From assembly GCA_963663275.1 (NCBI GenBank), contig OY760183.1, positions 1,696,001 to 1,760,000 on the forward strand: 64,000 nucleotides of DNA, written 5' to 3'. A model generated the notes under the pieces. That model saw nothing but the letters and a program-made list of their open reading frames with translations, was not told the origin of the DNA and did not search any database. This DNA comes from Chloroflexota bacterium (GTDB lineage: Bacteria; Chloroflexota; UBA11872; VXOZ01). The translations under genes were made by a program, and so were the position numbers. Positions 19,676-30,181 of this stretch are shown here, in pieces. How positions within the stretch are numbered: position 1 is the first letter of the stretch; the number at the start of each line of letters is the position of its first letter.

Positions 19676-20629
19676 CTAGGGGGCGACGACGCCGAGGGAG
19701 CGGTAGAAGTCGTAGCGGCGCTCTACCAGGGTGGTGAGCGGCAGGGCGCGGAGTGCCTTCAACTCTTCGGCAAGAGCGGACTTGAGGGACTGAGCCGCGG
19801 CGCGGGGGTCCACGTGCGCGCCGCCGGGCGGTTCCGGCACGACGCGGTGGATGATGCCGAGCGCTTCCAGGTCGCGGGCAAAGGGCTTCAGGGAGCCGGC
19901 CGCCTCGGGCGCGAACTTCGCGTCTTTCCAAACGATGGAGGCCGCCCCCTCCGGCGAGGCCACCGAGTACATGCTGTGCTCCAGCATGAGCACACGGTCG
20001 CCGATGCCCAGGGCCAACGCGCCGCCGCTGCCGCCTTCGCCAATGACGGTGACGACGATCGGCGTGCGCAGCCGGCTCATGGTCAGCAGGTTTTCGGCGA
20101 TTGCCCACGCCTGGCCGCGTTCCTCATCGGCCAGGAAGGGGCTGGCGCCGGGAATGTCGAGGAAGGTGAAGAGCGGCAGCCCGAACTTTTCCGCCTGGAG
20201 CATCAGCCGCCGCGCCTTGCGGAAGCCCTCCGGATGCGCCATGCCGAAGTTGCGCTGCTGGTTGTCTTTGGCGTCCTTGCCCTTTTGGTGGCCCAGCGCC
20301 ATCACCGGCGTATCGTCCAGGCGCGCCGGCCCGCCGACCACGGCCAGATCGTCGCCATAGTGGCGGTCGCCGTGGAGTTCCACGAAGTCAGTGAAAGCGT
20401 GGCGGATGAAGTCCAGCGTGCGGGGCCGCTGCGGATGCCGCGCCAGTTGCACCCGCTCCCACGGCGAGAGTTGCGCGAACACCTCGGCCGTCTGTCGATC
20501 GAGCTCGGAGCGGAGGGCGTGCAGATCCTGCGCTACGCCGTCCGGCGCGCCGTTCTTGCGCCAGTCGGCCTCCAGGGCGTCGATGCGTTCGCGCAGAGCG
20601 GCAAGGGGTTGTTCGAATTCGTACGCCAT
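19676..20629 (-). CDS. accA: Acetyl-CoA carboxylase carboxyltransferase alpha subunit
   Basis: WERVQLARHPQRP, ELHGDR, EERGQ, IGEGGSGGAL. Confidence 0.96.
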   Translation of the reverse strand: MAYEFEQPLAALRERIDALEADWRKNGAPDGVAQDLHALRSELDRQTAEVFAQLSPWERVQLARHPQRPRTLDFIRHAFTDFVELHGDRHYGDDLAVVGGPARLDDTPVMALGHQKGKDAKDNQQRNFGMAHPEGFRKARRLMLQAEKFGLPLFTFLDIPGASPFLADEERGQAWAIAENLLTMSRLRTPIVVTVIGEGGSGGALALGIGDRVLMLEHSMYSVASPEGAASIVWKDAKFAPEAAGSLKPFARDLEALGIIHRVVPEPPGGAHVDPRAAAQSLKSALAEELKALRALPLTTLVERRYDFYRSLGVVAP

Positions 20630-20631
20630 CG

Positions 20632-21558
20632 CTAGACTACCGTCTCCGCGTGCGCGCCGTCGCTCGACGGCGCCGAACCGTCCGCGCCGGGCTCCGCCGC
20701 CCGCGGCGCGTAGAGGCTGATCAAGCGGGCGAGGGCGCGGCGCAGGTCGCTGCGGGGCACGATGCAGTCCACCATGCCGCGTTCCAGCATGAATTCGGCG
20801 GAGTGGGTGCCGGCGGGCAGTTTGGCGTGGGTGATCTGCTCGATGAGGCGCGGGCCGGTAAAGCCAATCGTGGCCTGCGGTTCGGCGACGATCACGTCGG
20901 CGAGGGTGGCGAAACTGGCGGTGACGCCGGCCAGCGTGGGATCGGTGAGCACCGAGACGTAGAGCACGCCCGCCTCGTGCAGCCGCGACAGGGCGGCGGA
21001 GGTCTTGGCCATCTGCATGAGCGAGAACATGCCTTCTTCCATGCGCGCGCCGGCCGACGCCGACACGATGACCAGCGGCGTGCGGGTCTCCGTGGCAAGC
21101 TCGATGGCGCGGGTGATCTTCTCGCCCACGGCCGAGCCCATGGTGGCCATGAAGAAGCCGGTGTCGATGACGGCCAGCACCGCGGCCTGGCCGCGAATCG
21201 CGCCCGTGCCGTAGATGACGGCTTCCGGGATACCGGCTTTGCCCGCTTCGTCCTCGAGTTTCTGCTCGTAACTGCGCTCGGGCCGCTCGAACCCCAGGAC
21301 GTCCCGCGAGCGCATCTCGCCGTCGCGCTCCACAAACGAATCCTCATCGAGAAGATACTCGATGCGCTTGCGGGCGCTCAGGCGGGCGTGATGGCCGCAC
21401 TTGGGACAGACGCGGGCGTTCTGCGCGAACTCCGCGGCGTAGATCATCTCGCCGCAGCCGGCGCACTTCTCCCAGAGTTCGTCGGGCACGTCGGGCCGCC
21501 GCTGCCGGCCGGGCAAGAGGCCGAAGCGCCGTTCTTTGTTGCCGAATAGTCTCTGCAT
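20632..21558 (-). CDS. accD: Acetyl-CoA carboxylase carboxyltransferase beta subunit
   Basis: Zn finger CAGC...CPKC, MGSAVGEKI, GARMEEG, SLMQMAKT, IGFTGPR. Confidence 0.96.
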   Translation of the reverse strand: MQRLFGNKERRFGLLPGRQRRPDVPDELWEKCAGCGEMIYAAEFAQNARVCPKCGHHARLSARKRIEYLLDEDSFVERDGEMRSRDVLGFERPERSYEQKLEDEAGKAGIPEAVIYGTGAIRGQAAVLAVIDTGFFMATMGSAVGEKITRAIELATETRTPLVIVSASAGARMEEGMFSLMQMAKTSAALSRLHEAGVLYVSVLTDPTLAGVTASFATLADVIVAEPQATIGFTGPRLIEQITHAKLPAGTHSAEFMLERGMVDCIVPRSDLRRALARLISLYAPRAAEPGADGSAPSSDGAHAETVV

Positions 21559-21903
21559 AGGACGGATTGAGTCAAGGGGGTGTGAGAACCTACGAACGTA
21601 TTATACCAATGGCGGCACGCAAGGTATACGCTTTCACGTTGCGCTGGCAGGGGGAGGCGGGGAAAATCCACCATTCCCGGCGTCCGTGAGCGGTAAGCGC
21701 GAAGGCATTGCCCCCTCGTTCCGGGGAGAGGGAATGGAAAGCGGAGCGCGGGCCAGTCTTGTTCCCTCTCCCGCCGGGAGAGGGTTAGGGTGAGGGAGCT
21801 GAGGACCGGGGGTGCAGCACTTTTTCCCCTCACCCCGGCCCTCTCCCAGCGGGAGAGGGAGTGGAAGGCGGAGCAGGGGCCGATCCCGTTTCCCTCTCCC
21901 AGC

Positions 21904-22045
21904 GGAGACCTTTGCATAACTCTGTCATTCCGGCGAAAGCCGGAATCCAGGGCGCTTTTGCAACTAAAAACAGTATGAAGTCAAGCCATTTCACCCCCAT
22001 CCCAACCTTCCCCCTCAATGGGGAAGGGGTTATGCAAAGGTCTCC
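21904..22045. mobile_element. MITE family B (142 bp)
   Basis: TIR GGAGACCTTTGCATAAC/GTTATGCAAAGGTCTCC flanked by duplicated AGC within a REP hairpin. Confidence 0.8.
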
Positions 22046-22177
22046 AGCGGGAGAGGGAGTCATTGGCGCTGCGAGGGCAAGCGGAGGAATGGGGCACAGC
22101 GGCATTGACGATAGGGATGGCGAGTGTTACCGTTATCTCGGTGGTAGTAGTTAGCCCCAATTCAAGGAGGGGTAGCA

Positions 22178-23575
22178 ATGATGAAAGCGCACGTTTCGCG
22201 ACGCGGATTCCTGGCGGGCGCCGGGGTTGGCGCGGCTACTTTGCTGGCGGCGGCCTGCGGCGTCCAGCCGGCGGCGGCGCCTGAGGCTGCGGAGCCGGAA
22301 GCAAAGGCGGAAGCGGAAGAATCCAAGGCCATGACCGAGCCGGGCGCGGTCGAAGGCGTGGTGACGGTCTGGAGTCCCACCAAGTACGACTTTGGCACCG
22401 ATACCGGCGGTGAGATCTCGAATGCCTTCCGCGAGGCGTATGACAACAAAGTTCGCGTGGTCGGCTCCACACCGGCCAGTCTGTGGAACACGATCATGAC
22501 CGCGGCCGCGGCCGGCGCGTCGCCGGACGTTGCCTCAGGCGGCGACTGGTTCTCGCCGGAGTGGGGCCTCACCGGCGTGGCGACCGACCTCTTGCCGCGC
22601 GTCAAGGCCTCCAACGTCGACATGAGCGAGTTCTGGGAATCGCTATTCCAGGAGAATTACTGGGACGGCAAGCTCTACGGCTTCTCGTATTCCCCCGACC
22701 TGCGGGTGATGTACATGCGGTCGGAGAGCTATCTGGAAGCCGGCCTCGACCCGGAGAATCCGCCCCAGTACTGGGACGAGATGGAAGAAGTGGTCGCCAA
22801 GACGTCCAAGCAGGACGCGGGCGGCGTGCTGACCGTCTCCGGCTACGCGCCCTTCTGGGGCAGCGGCGGCCACAACGAGTGGATCGTGCCCCTGACCCAA
22901 CTCGGCGGCTCGCGCTTCAGCGAGGATCGCTGGACGGTCACGATCAACAGCCCTGAGGCCGTGGAGGCGCTCACCTGGCTGAAGAAGATCTTCGACATCC
23001 AGGGCGGCTGGGATAACGTCAAGCAGCTCAGGGGCAGCGGCATCCGCTCCAACGTGCACTTCAAGGACGGCCGCATCGCCAACTACTGGGCGACGTACGC
23101 CGAGCGCGGCGAGTGGCTGCGGGTCAACGCGCCGGAACTGACCTTCCACTTCATGACGTATCCGCGCCCCCGCTCCACCGACAAGCACGCCACCTGGGGC
23201 GGCACGCATACCTGGCACATCGGCAATAGCGCGTCCAACCCGGACGGCGGCTGGGCGTTCATCGAGTTCGGGGCACGGCCCGAATGGAATCTGAAGTTCT
23301 GCAAGCGCTTCGACCGTATCCCCATTCGCATCGACGTGACCCACTCGGAGGAGTTCCACGAGAACGATCCATTCCTGCTGCTGCAGAATGAGATGATCCC
23401 CCATCGCGTGGGCAACGTGGGCATCCCCGGCGCCGAGGCTCTGCGCCGCCGCTGGCGCATCCCGTTGGTCGACGACGTGACCTCGGGCAAGTTGACGCCG
23501 CAGGAAGGCCTGGCGTCTGCCGAGCACGACATGCAGGCTATCCTCGACGAGTGGAAGGCCCGCATCGACGGCTAA
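22178..23575 (+). CDS. Extracellular solute-binding lipoprotein (family 1, sugar/glycerol-phosphate type), Tat signal
   Basis: SRRGFL, LAAAC, WDGKLYG, EAGLDPENPPQYWDE; no permease adjacent. Confidence 0.88.
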   Translation: MMKAHVSRRGFLAGAGVGAATLLAAACGVQPAAAPEAAEPEAKAEAEESKAMTEPGAVEGVVTVWSPTKYDFGTDTGGEISNAFREAYDNKVRVVGSTPASLWNTIMTAAAAGASPDVASGGDWFSPEWGLTGVATDLLPRVKASNVDMSEFWESLFQENYWDGKLYGFSYSPDLRVMYMRSESYLEAGLDPENPPQYWDEMEEVVAKTSKQDAGGVLTVSGYAPFWGSGGHNEWIVPLTQLGGSRFSEDRWTVTINSPEAVEALTWLKKIFDIQGGWDNVKQLRGSGIRSNVHFKDGRIANYWATYAERGEWLRVNAPELTFHFMTYPRPRSTDKHATWGGTHTWHIGNSASNPDGGWAFIEFGARPEWNLKFCKRFDRIPIRIDVTHSEEFHENDPFLLLQNEMIPHRVGNVGIPGAEALRRRWRIPLVDDVTSGKLTPQEGLASAEHDMQAILDEWKARIDG

Positions 23576-23611
23576 TCCACGGTCGCGTTAGGCGCTGAAC
23601 GCGCGAATTCG

Positions 23612-23649
23612 CACCCGCCCTGCGCTTGCGCAGGGCGGGTGGTTTTTTG
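23612..23649 (+). terminator. Rho-independent terminator
   Basis: CACCCGCCCTGCGC-TT-GCGCAGGGCGGGTG followed by GTTTTTT. Confidence 0.85.
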
Positions 23650-23790
23650 TGTACGCGGACGCGCGCGTTGGCCGGTTCTGTGAGTAATGCGCGCTTCAGG
23701 TGCAATTTGGTGGAGCGCAGCGTAGAATTGTGCTAGGTGCGTGTGGGAAGTGACGCGGGCATCACGTCAGATTACCTTAGGAGTGCAGGC

Positions 23791-24513
23791 ATGGCCCTTT
23801 CCGATGATCAGATAAAGCTCTTTCGGCACAATGGATTTTTGCGTTTGCCGGGCCGGATGTCCGATGACACGGTGGCGCGGCTGAAAGCGGCAATTCGCAA
23901 AGACGTGGAGAACGAGGTTGAACCCTTCGTACGGGACAAGCACGGGGCCGTGATCCGGCTATCTCAGGTGCTCGACCGCGACCCAATCTTCAGAGAGACC
24001 GCCACCAGCCCGCTTGTGCTCGACTCCCTGGAATCGCTGCTGGGGCCGAACATCGAACTCATCACCAACCGGCATAACCACTCAACGCTCAACCCGCCGT
24101 CGCGCGGCTACACGGGACTGCACCGCGACGTGCTCCAGTGGACGCGGGACATCGTGACGGTGCTGTTCTACCTGGAAGAGGCTACGGTGGAGAACGGCTG
24201 CACCCACGTGGTGCCGGGCACGCACCTCTTCAATTGGATTCAGAATCCCGGCACGAAATCGAGCGTTGAGAGCGTCATCACCGACGAGATTCGCGCACAG
24301 GAAGTGCCGTTGCCCAGCCCGGCCGGCGGCCTGGCGGTGATCGACAGCCAGATCTTCCACCGCGTCGGCACGAACCTGACCGACGGCACGCGCACGAGCA
24401 TGACCATGGGCTACGTGAGCGTGGATGAACTGGCCGGCGTGCAAGACCCCTACCGGCTGCTGGTGCGGGGCGAGTCGGCCTACGGCGGCAACGTGGCGCG
24501 GAGCAAGATGTAA
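23791..24513 (+). CDS. Phytanoyl-CoA dioxygenase (PhyH) family Fe(II)/2-oxoglutarate oxygenase
   Basis: FRHNGFL, HRD, ENGCTHVVPGTH, distal FH...R. Confidence 0.88.
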   Translation: MALSDDQIKLFRHNGFLRLPGRMSDDTVARLKAAIRKDVENEVEPFVRDKHGAVIRLSQVLDRDPIFRETATSPLVLDSLESLLGPNIELITNRHNHSTLNPPSRGYTGLHRDVLQWTRDIVTVLFYLEEATVENGCTHVVPGTHLFNWIQNPGTKSSVESVITDEIRAQEVPLPSPAGGLAVIDSQIFHRVGTNLTDGTRTSMTMGYVSVDELAGVQDPYRLLVRGESAYGGNVARSKM

Positions 24514-24601
24514 ACCGGAACGGGCACGCGGCATCCCCCGTTAGGGGCATGACGGCGTATCACCGTCGATCATGGTCGGCAAGGATGGGCACGCCACGCC
24601 G

Positions 24602-24832
24602 GTAGGGGCACGACATGTCGTGCCTCTGCGCAGACCTTTGCATGTCTGGACCGGTAGGCGCTAAGAACCCCCTCTCCCTGGGGAGAGGGCCGGGGTGAGG
24701 GGGAATCCTCGCCAGTACCACCTCATTTCGCACGACTTTGGCATGAGTCGCCGCAGAAATTTCCCCTCACCCTAACCCTCTCCCCAGGGAGAGGGAACTG
24801 TTCGCCTCTCAGCGGGGCTCCGCAAAGGTTTC
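24602..24832. repeat. REP cluster (GTAGGGGCAC palindrome, inverted CCCTCACC/CCCTCTCCC pair, degenerate MITE-B-like ends)
   Basis: Same motifs recur in other intergenic regions. Confidence 0.7.
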
Positions 24833-24854
24833 CTCAGAGGTGATGTAGGCGGTT

Positions 24855-26888
24855 CTACGTTGCGGCGGCCTGGGCGCGCAGCGTCTGCGGGTCTGTGGTG
24901 GGCCGCTTGCAGACGAACCGGCGGCAGACGTAGGCGGTCGCTTGGCCGTCAACTTGCGGCCGCTCCGCCAGCAGCGGGATTGCCTGTGCCGCCGCCGCGT
25001 CTTCAGGATCGCGCGCCGCGAGCACGATGTCCGGCGCGTACTGCTCGTTGATGCTGTCCAAGAGCGCCTGGGTGTCCCGCGCCCCGGGAGCGCCCACGAC
25101 AGCGACTTCCTTGAGCGGCGCTAAGAGGCTGTCCGCCGCGCAGAGCATCCGCCCAAAGGCGCTTGGGGCTTTCGCCAACGCTTCCGCTTGCAGGCGGAGC
25201 GCCGCCTCCACCGGCTCAAGGTACGCGCCGTCGCCGGTGTAGGCATGGACCCGCAGCAGGGCCTCGCACGCCAGGGACGCGCCGGCGGGCACGGCGTTGT
25301 CGTAGAGATTGCGCGGACGCACGATGAGTTCCTCGTGCCGCGTCGAGGTGTCGTAGAACACGCCGGCGCCGTCGTAGAATTCGCGCAAGACGGTGTCGCA
25401 GAGGCCGCGCGCCGCGGTGAACCACCTGGTATCGAACATGGCCTCGTAGAGCGCCAGCAACCCGACGGCCACGCCGCCGTAGTCCTCCAGAAACCCCAGT
25501 CCCGCGGCCTTGCCGGGCGTGTAGGTGTGGGCAAGGCGGCCGTCCTGCACCATCGCGCTCAGCAAGAATTCGCCGTTGGCAACAGCGGTTTCGCGGTCCG
25601 CGGGCCGCCCCAACTGGCGGGCGGCCTGGGCGAACGATTGGAGCATGAGGCCGTTCCAGCCGCTGATGACTTTCGTGTCGGTCTCCGGCTTGACGCGCCG
25701 CGCCCGCGCCTGCAAGAGTTGCGGGTTCAGCACGTTCCGCACGCGAGCAACATCCTCCTCGCTAAGGCCCGCCTCCGCGCCGCCGCCGAGGAAGAGGATG
25801 TTCTTCCCCTCGAAGTTGCCGTTGGGCGTCACGCCGTAGTAGCCGCAGAAAAGCCGGGCGTCTTCCGCGCCCAGCGCCGCTTCGATCTCGGCAGGCGTCC
25901 AGACGTAGAACTTGCCCTCCTCGCCCTCGCTGTCGGCGTCCTGGGCCGAGTAGAAGCCGCCCTCCGGCGCGGTCATCTCCCGGCGCACGTAGTCCAGGGT
26001 CTCGCAGGCGATGCGCTCGTAGAGCGGATTGCCCGTGCGCATGAAGGCGTCCAGGTAGAGGCGGCTGAGCAGAGCGTTGTCGTAGAGCATCTTTTCGAAG
26101 TGGGGCACCAGCCACTGCGCGTCCACCGAGTAGCGGTGGAAGCCGCCGCCGAGTTGGTCGTAGATGCCGCCAAACGCCATGCTGTCCAGGGTCTTGGTGA
26201 TGGCGTTGAGCACGGTGAGGTCCTGCGCGCGGTGGTAGCGGCGCAAGAGAAACTCAAGCGACATGGCCTGGGGAAACTTCGGCGCGGCGCCAAAGCCGCC
26301 GTGAATTGGATCGTAATTGGCCTGGATGGCTTCCCCCGCCTCTCTGATGGTGGTGAGCGTGAGCGTAGAGGGCGCGAGGTCGAAGGCGGTGTGCTCGGCG
26401 ATGAAGTCGCGCAGTTTCTCCGACTGCTCTTCCACTTGGGCGCGGCGCTGCTGCCAGGCGTCGATCACCGCTTCCATCACCTGCCGGAACGACGGCATGT
26501 TCATGCGCGCCACGGGTGGAAAGTACGTGCCCCCAAAGAAGGGCTTGCCGTCCGGCGTCAGAAAGACGGTGAGCGGCCAGCCGCCTTGCCCGGTGAGGCC
26601 CTGGACGGCCTTCATGTAGATGTCGTCCAGGTCGGGGCGCTCTTCCCGGTCCACTTTGATATTGACGAAGTGCTCGTTCATGTAACCGGCGGTCTCGGCG
26701 TCTTCGAACGACTCGTGCGCCATGACGTGGCACCAATGGCACGAGGAGTAGCCGATGGAGAGGAGGATCGGCCTCTCTTGCTCCGTGGCGGCCGCGAGCG
26801 CCGCTTCTCCCCAGGCGAACCAGTGCACGGGATTGTCGGCGTGTTGCAGGAGGTAGGGGCTGGTCTCGTCGGTCAGGCGGTTGGACAT
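24855..26888 (-). CDS. Thioredoxin domain-containing protein YyaL/SSP411
   Basis: [48 protein letters not shown]. Confidence 0.93.
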   Translation of the reverse strand: MSNRLTDETSPYLLQHADNPVHWFAWGEAALAAATEQERPILLSIGYSSCHWCHVMAHESFEDAETAGYMNEHFVNIKVDREERPDLDDIYMKAVQGLTGQGGWPLTVFLTPDGKPFFGGTYFPPVARMNMPSFRQVMEAVIDAWQQRRAQVEEQSEKLRDFIAEHTAFDLAPSTLTLTTIREAGEAIQANYDPIHGGFGAAPKFPQAMSLEFLLRRYHRAQDLTVLNAITKTLDSMAFGGIYDQLGGGFHRYSVDAQWLVPHFEKMLYDNALLSRLYLDAFMRTGNPLYERIACETLDYVRREMTAPEGGFYSAQDADSEGEEGKFYVWTPAEIEAALGAEDARLFCGYYGVTPNGNFEGKNILFLGGGAEAGLSEEDVARVRNVLNPQLLQARARRVKPETDTKVISGWNGLMLQSFAQAARQLGRPADRETAVANGEFLLSAMVQDGRLAHTYTPGKAAGLGFLEDYGGVAVGLLALYEAMFDTRWFTAARGLCDTVLREFYDGAGVFYDTSTRHEELIVRPRNLYDNAVPAGASLACEALLRVHAYTGDGAYLEPVEAALRLQAEALAKAPSAFGRMLCAADSLLAPLKEVAVVGAPGARDTQALLDSINEQYAPDIVLAARDPEDAAAAQAIPLLAERPQVDGQATAYVCRRFVCKRPTTDPQTLRAQAAAT

Positions 26889-27104
26889 TGTCGCTCTTTC
26901 TGCTTGAGCATGGCTATGGGCGTGAATAGTGCTGCCGGGCGCAAGGGTGCGCACCCGGTTTCACATTCATCGTGACAGATGGGTATGCCGCGCGGCAAGC
27001 GCCGGCCGGTGGATTGCCGGTGGCGCCGCCCCAAATCACGCGCGGGATCAGTCTTGGCGCAGTCTCCTGCAAGTAGTGGTATTGAGCGCGGTCGGCGCCC
27101 TTTT

Positions 27105-27288
27105 CCCCCTCACCCCGGCCCTCTCCCCAGGGAGAGGGGGTCTTTTCGCCTGCCGGGCCGGCTCTCCCGGAGAGGGAGCGAAGCCGCTTCTGGTCCCCTC
27201 TCCCGCTGGGAGAGGGTTAGGGTGAGGGTCTGCCATCTGCCTCACGCGTTTCCCCCTCACCCCGGCCCTTTCCCCCAGGGAGAGGGAG
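27105..27288. repeat. Three alternating CCCTCACCCCGGCCCTCTCCCCAGGGAGAGGG REP hairpins
   Basis: Forward-reverse-forward copies between divergent genes. Confidence 0.75.
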
Positions 27289-27407
27289 TTTTCCTGCCTA
27301 TTATCCGGGTTTGCAGGGGTTTCCGGTGGGATATCAACGGGTCTTCGTTATTTGTCCGTTCCGGCGGGGGCGGGAGTATAATGGAAGAAAGGCAAGGAGG
27401 TATGGCG

Positions 27408-28739
27408 ATGCGAAGAGCGTTGCTGGGCGTTGTCGTTCTGGTTGCGGTTTTGCTCTCTGTGGAACAGGCGCTGGCGCAAGAGCGCACGGGCACGGTGGAT
27501 ACCGTCACCATTACCGGCGCTATCGATCCGGCGTCTGAGCGTCTTTTCGCCCGCGCCCTCGAACGCGCCATCGGCGACCAGGCGGAAGCGCTCATCGTTC
27601 TGCTGGACACCCCCGGCGGCCTGGACTCCTCCATGCGGGCGATGGTGCAGGGAATTCTGTCGTCGCCGGTGCCGGTAGTGGTGTTCGTCTCCCCGCAGGG
27701 CGGACGCGCGGCAAGCGCGGGAGTCTTCCTGGCGATGGCGGCGCACGTGGCGGTGATGGCGCCGGGCACGGACATAGGCGCGGCGCATCCGGTGACCGTG
27801 GGCGGCGGCCAGATTACCGGCGTGATGGACGACAAGGTGACGAATGAAGCCGTGGCGTACATCCGCAGTCTCGCGGAATTGCGGGGGCGCAACGCCGAGT
27901 GGGCCGAGCAGGCGGTGCGTTCCAGCCAGACCATGACCGCGCAGGAGGCGGTGGATGCCGGTGTGGTGGACTTCATGGCCCGCGACCTACCAGATCTGCT
28001 GGCGCAACTCGAGGGCCACCGGGTGCAGACGGCCTCGTGGACGCGCACGCTGGTGCTACGCAACGCGCCGCTGCGCGAGATGGAGTACAATTTCGCCGAG
28101 CAGGCGCTGAAGTTCATCGTCAATCCCAACACGGCCTACCTGCTGTTCCTGATCGGCCTCTACGCCGTGATCGCGGAACTCTACAATCCGGGCGCGGTAG
28201 TTCCGGCGGTGGTGGGGGCGATTGCCATCGTGCTGGCGCTGGTGGCGTTCGGCACGCTGCCCATCAACTGGGGCGGCGTGGCGCTGCTGGTGGTGGCCGC
28301 GGCGTTGATCGGCTTCGAGGCGCAGAATCCCGGTCTTGGCGTGCTCGGACTTGGCGGCGTGGCGGCGCTGGTGCTCGGCACGCTTTTGCTCTACCAGCCG
28401 CTCACCGCGCCGTTTGGCGGCCCGTTCTTCGTATCGCCCTGGGCGCTCGGCTTCATGGTGGCGCTCACCGTCGCGTTCCTTATCTTGCTGGTGCGGTTGG
28501 CCGCGCATTCGCAGAATGAGCCCCAGCAGTTTCGCGGCAGCCGGCGCATCGTCGGGCAGGAAGGCGTGGCGGTCACGGCGCTGGACCCGGAGGGCGTGGT
28601 GCGGGTGGCCGGTGAGGAGTGGTCGGCGCGGGCGCTGGGAGACGCGGTGGCGGAAGGAGAGGCGATCTGGGTCTATGAGGTGGACGGGCTGGCGCTGGTG
28701 GTTGGGCCGGCGCCGGAAATTCCGGTACTGTCGACGTGA
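27408..28739 (+). CDS. Long-form NfeD membrane-bound serine protease (ClpP class)
   Basis: LDTPGGL, RAASAG, IGAAHPV, RGRNAEWA, TM bundle, C-terminal OB domain (GEEWSA); RBS AGGAGG. Confidence 0.92.
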   Translation: MRRALLGVVVLVAVLLSVEQALAQERTGTVDTVTITGAIDPASERLFARALERAIGDQAEALIVLLDTPGGLDSSMRAMVQGILSSPVPVVVFVSPQGGRAASAGVFLAMAAHVAVMAPGTDIGAAHPVTVGGGQITGVMDDKVTNEAVAYIRSLAELRGRNAEWAEQAVRSSQTMTAQEAVDAGVVDFMARDLPDLLAQLEGHRVQTASWTRTLVLRNAPLREMEYNFAEQALKFIVNPNTAYLLFLIGLYAVIAELYNPGAVVPAVVGAIAIVLALVAFGTLPINWGGVALLVVAAALIGFEAQNPGLGVLGLGGVAALVLGTLLLYQPLTAPFGGPFFVSPWALGFMVALTVAFLILLVRLAAHSQNEPQQFRGSRRIVGQEGVAVTALDPEGVVRVAGEEWSARALGDAVAEGEAIWVYEVDGLALVVGPAPEIPVLST

Positions 28740-28848
28740 ACGTCCGCGGTCTCATTTGCCGTCAAGGGGCCCGGCCGCATGGGAGGCGCAAGGTGAAACG
28801 GCGCAGTCCGCATTGGTTCAACGTGCATGAAGGAGAGGGTCACGCGCT

Positions 28849-29778
28849 ATGAACGGTCAAGTCATTGGTCTGATAGTGGTTTTTACGCTACTGTTCATCT
28901 GGTTGGTCTACTCCGCGATCAAGATCGTGGCGGAGTACGAGCGGCTGGTAGTCTTCCGCCTGGGGCGCGTGCTGGCAGATCCGCGCGGGCCGGGCATCGT
29001 CTGGCTGTGGCCGATCATCGACCGGCCGGTGCGCGTAGACCTGCGCGAGCAATTCCTCGAAATCCCACAGCAGAGTTGCATCACCTCGGACAACGCGCCG
29101 ATTCTGATCGACTTCCTCATCTACTGGAAAGTTACCAATCCCCACGACAGTGTGGTGCAAGTGGCAAACTTCGCCGGCGCTTCGCAAGGTATCGCCACCA
29201 CCACGCTCCGTGCCGTGATCGGCGACATTTCCCTGGACGACGTGCTGGCCAAGCGCGAGCAGATCAACAACATCCTGCGCACGAAGCTGGATGAGGTGAC
29301 CGCCCGCTGGGGCGTGAAGGTGACGACGGTGGAAATCCGCGAGATCCTGCCGCCGCGCGAGGTGCAGGACGCGATGAACCGGCAAATGTCCGCCGAGCGC
29401 AACCGGCGCGCCATGGTCACCGAGGCCGGCGGCCAGAAGCAATCGGCCATTCTGGTGGCCGAGGGCGACAAGCAGTCCGAAATCCTGAAGGCGGAAGGCG
29501 ATCGCCAGGCCACCATCCTGCGCGCCGAGGCTGAGCGGGAGGCGCAATCGCTCCGCGCCGAGGGCTACGCCACCGCTATCGACCACGTCTACCAAATCGC
29601 GCAGACCGTGGACTCCAATACGATGCTCATCCAGTACCTGCAAACGTTGCAGAACATGGCGGAAAGCCCATCAACCAAGTGGGTGTTCCCGCTGGAGTTG
29701 GCAAAGTTGGCGGGCGGCCTGGGCGGAATTGCCGATTCGTTGCCGAACCAACCGCGCTCTAACGGCAGCGACTCCTGA
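28849..29778 (+). CDS. SPFH/stomatin-like protein, NfeD partner
   Basis: EYERLVVFRLGR, TTLRAVIG, WGVKVTTVE, QMSAERNRRA. Confidence 0.93.
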   Translation: MNGQVIGLIVVFTLLFIWLVYSAIKIVAEYERLVVFRLGRVLADPRGPGIVWLWPIIDRPVRVDLREQFLEIPQQSCITSDNAPILIDFLIYWKVTNPHDSVVQVANFAGASQGIATTTLRAVIGDISLDDVLAKREQINNILRTKLDEVTARWGVKVTTVEIREILPPREVQDAMNRQMSAERNRRAMVTEAGGQKQSAILVAEGDKQSEILKAEGDRQATILRAEAEREAQSLRAEGYATAIDHVYQIAQTVDSNTMLIQYLQTLQNMAESPSTKWVFPLELAKLAGGLGGIADSLPNQPRSNGSDS

Positions 29779-29862
29779 GGCGGACCGCGGCGCGCGCGAG
29801 ACGGAAGATAAGAACATGGGGCCGGCCGGCAAGCCTCTGCTTCAAGCCGGTTTCTACCCGGT

Positions 29863-30168
29863 TCAGACGTGCTGATACCGCTCGACGCTGATGTCGTCTG
29901 CCCGGGCGCGCATCTGGGAAGCATCATGCCAGGCCTGCATACGCAGCAGCAGGTCCATGCTGACGTCGAACGCCTTCTCGATCCGCAGTGCCATTTCCGG
30001 CGATAGCGCCGCGTTGCCGTTCAGCAGGTCCGATAGCGTGGCGCGCCGGACGCCCAGGATGCCGGCGGCCTTGGTCACGTTCAGGCCATATTCCTCGATG
30101 ATCTCCGTGCGGATGAACTCTCCCGGATGCGCGGGGGTCATTTTCACTATGACTTCGTCGGCAGCCAT
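29863..30168 (-). CDS. higA: HigA-family antitoxin (HTH), no cognate toxin
   Basis: PAHPGEFI, LGVRRATLSDLLNG, SPEMALRIEKAF, LLRMQ. Confidence 0.88.
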   Translation of the reverse strand: MAADEVIVKMTPAHPGEFIRTEIIEEYGLNVTKAAGILGVRRATLSDLLNGNAALSPEMALRIEKAFDVSMDLLLRMQAWHDASQMRARADDISVERYQHV

Positions 30169-30181
30169 TAGTAATACTCCT

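Noticed and set aside
25188-26975. Long antisense ORFs (also 15980-17734, 39543-40925, 49154-50245, 56985-58157)
   Set aside because: Expected shadows of GC-rich genes on the opposite strand, with no recognisable motifs
26979-27407. N-terminal extensions of ORFs through repeat regions (NfeD, nagB 32003, CPBP 56345)
   Set aside because: They translate REP DNA, and shorter starts further in give the expected protein N-termini (with a clear RBS for NfeD and nagB)
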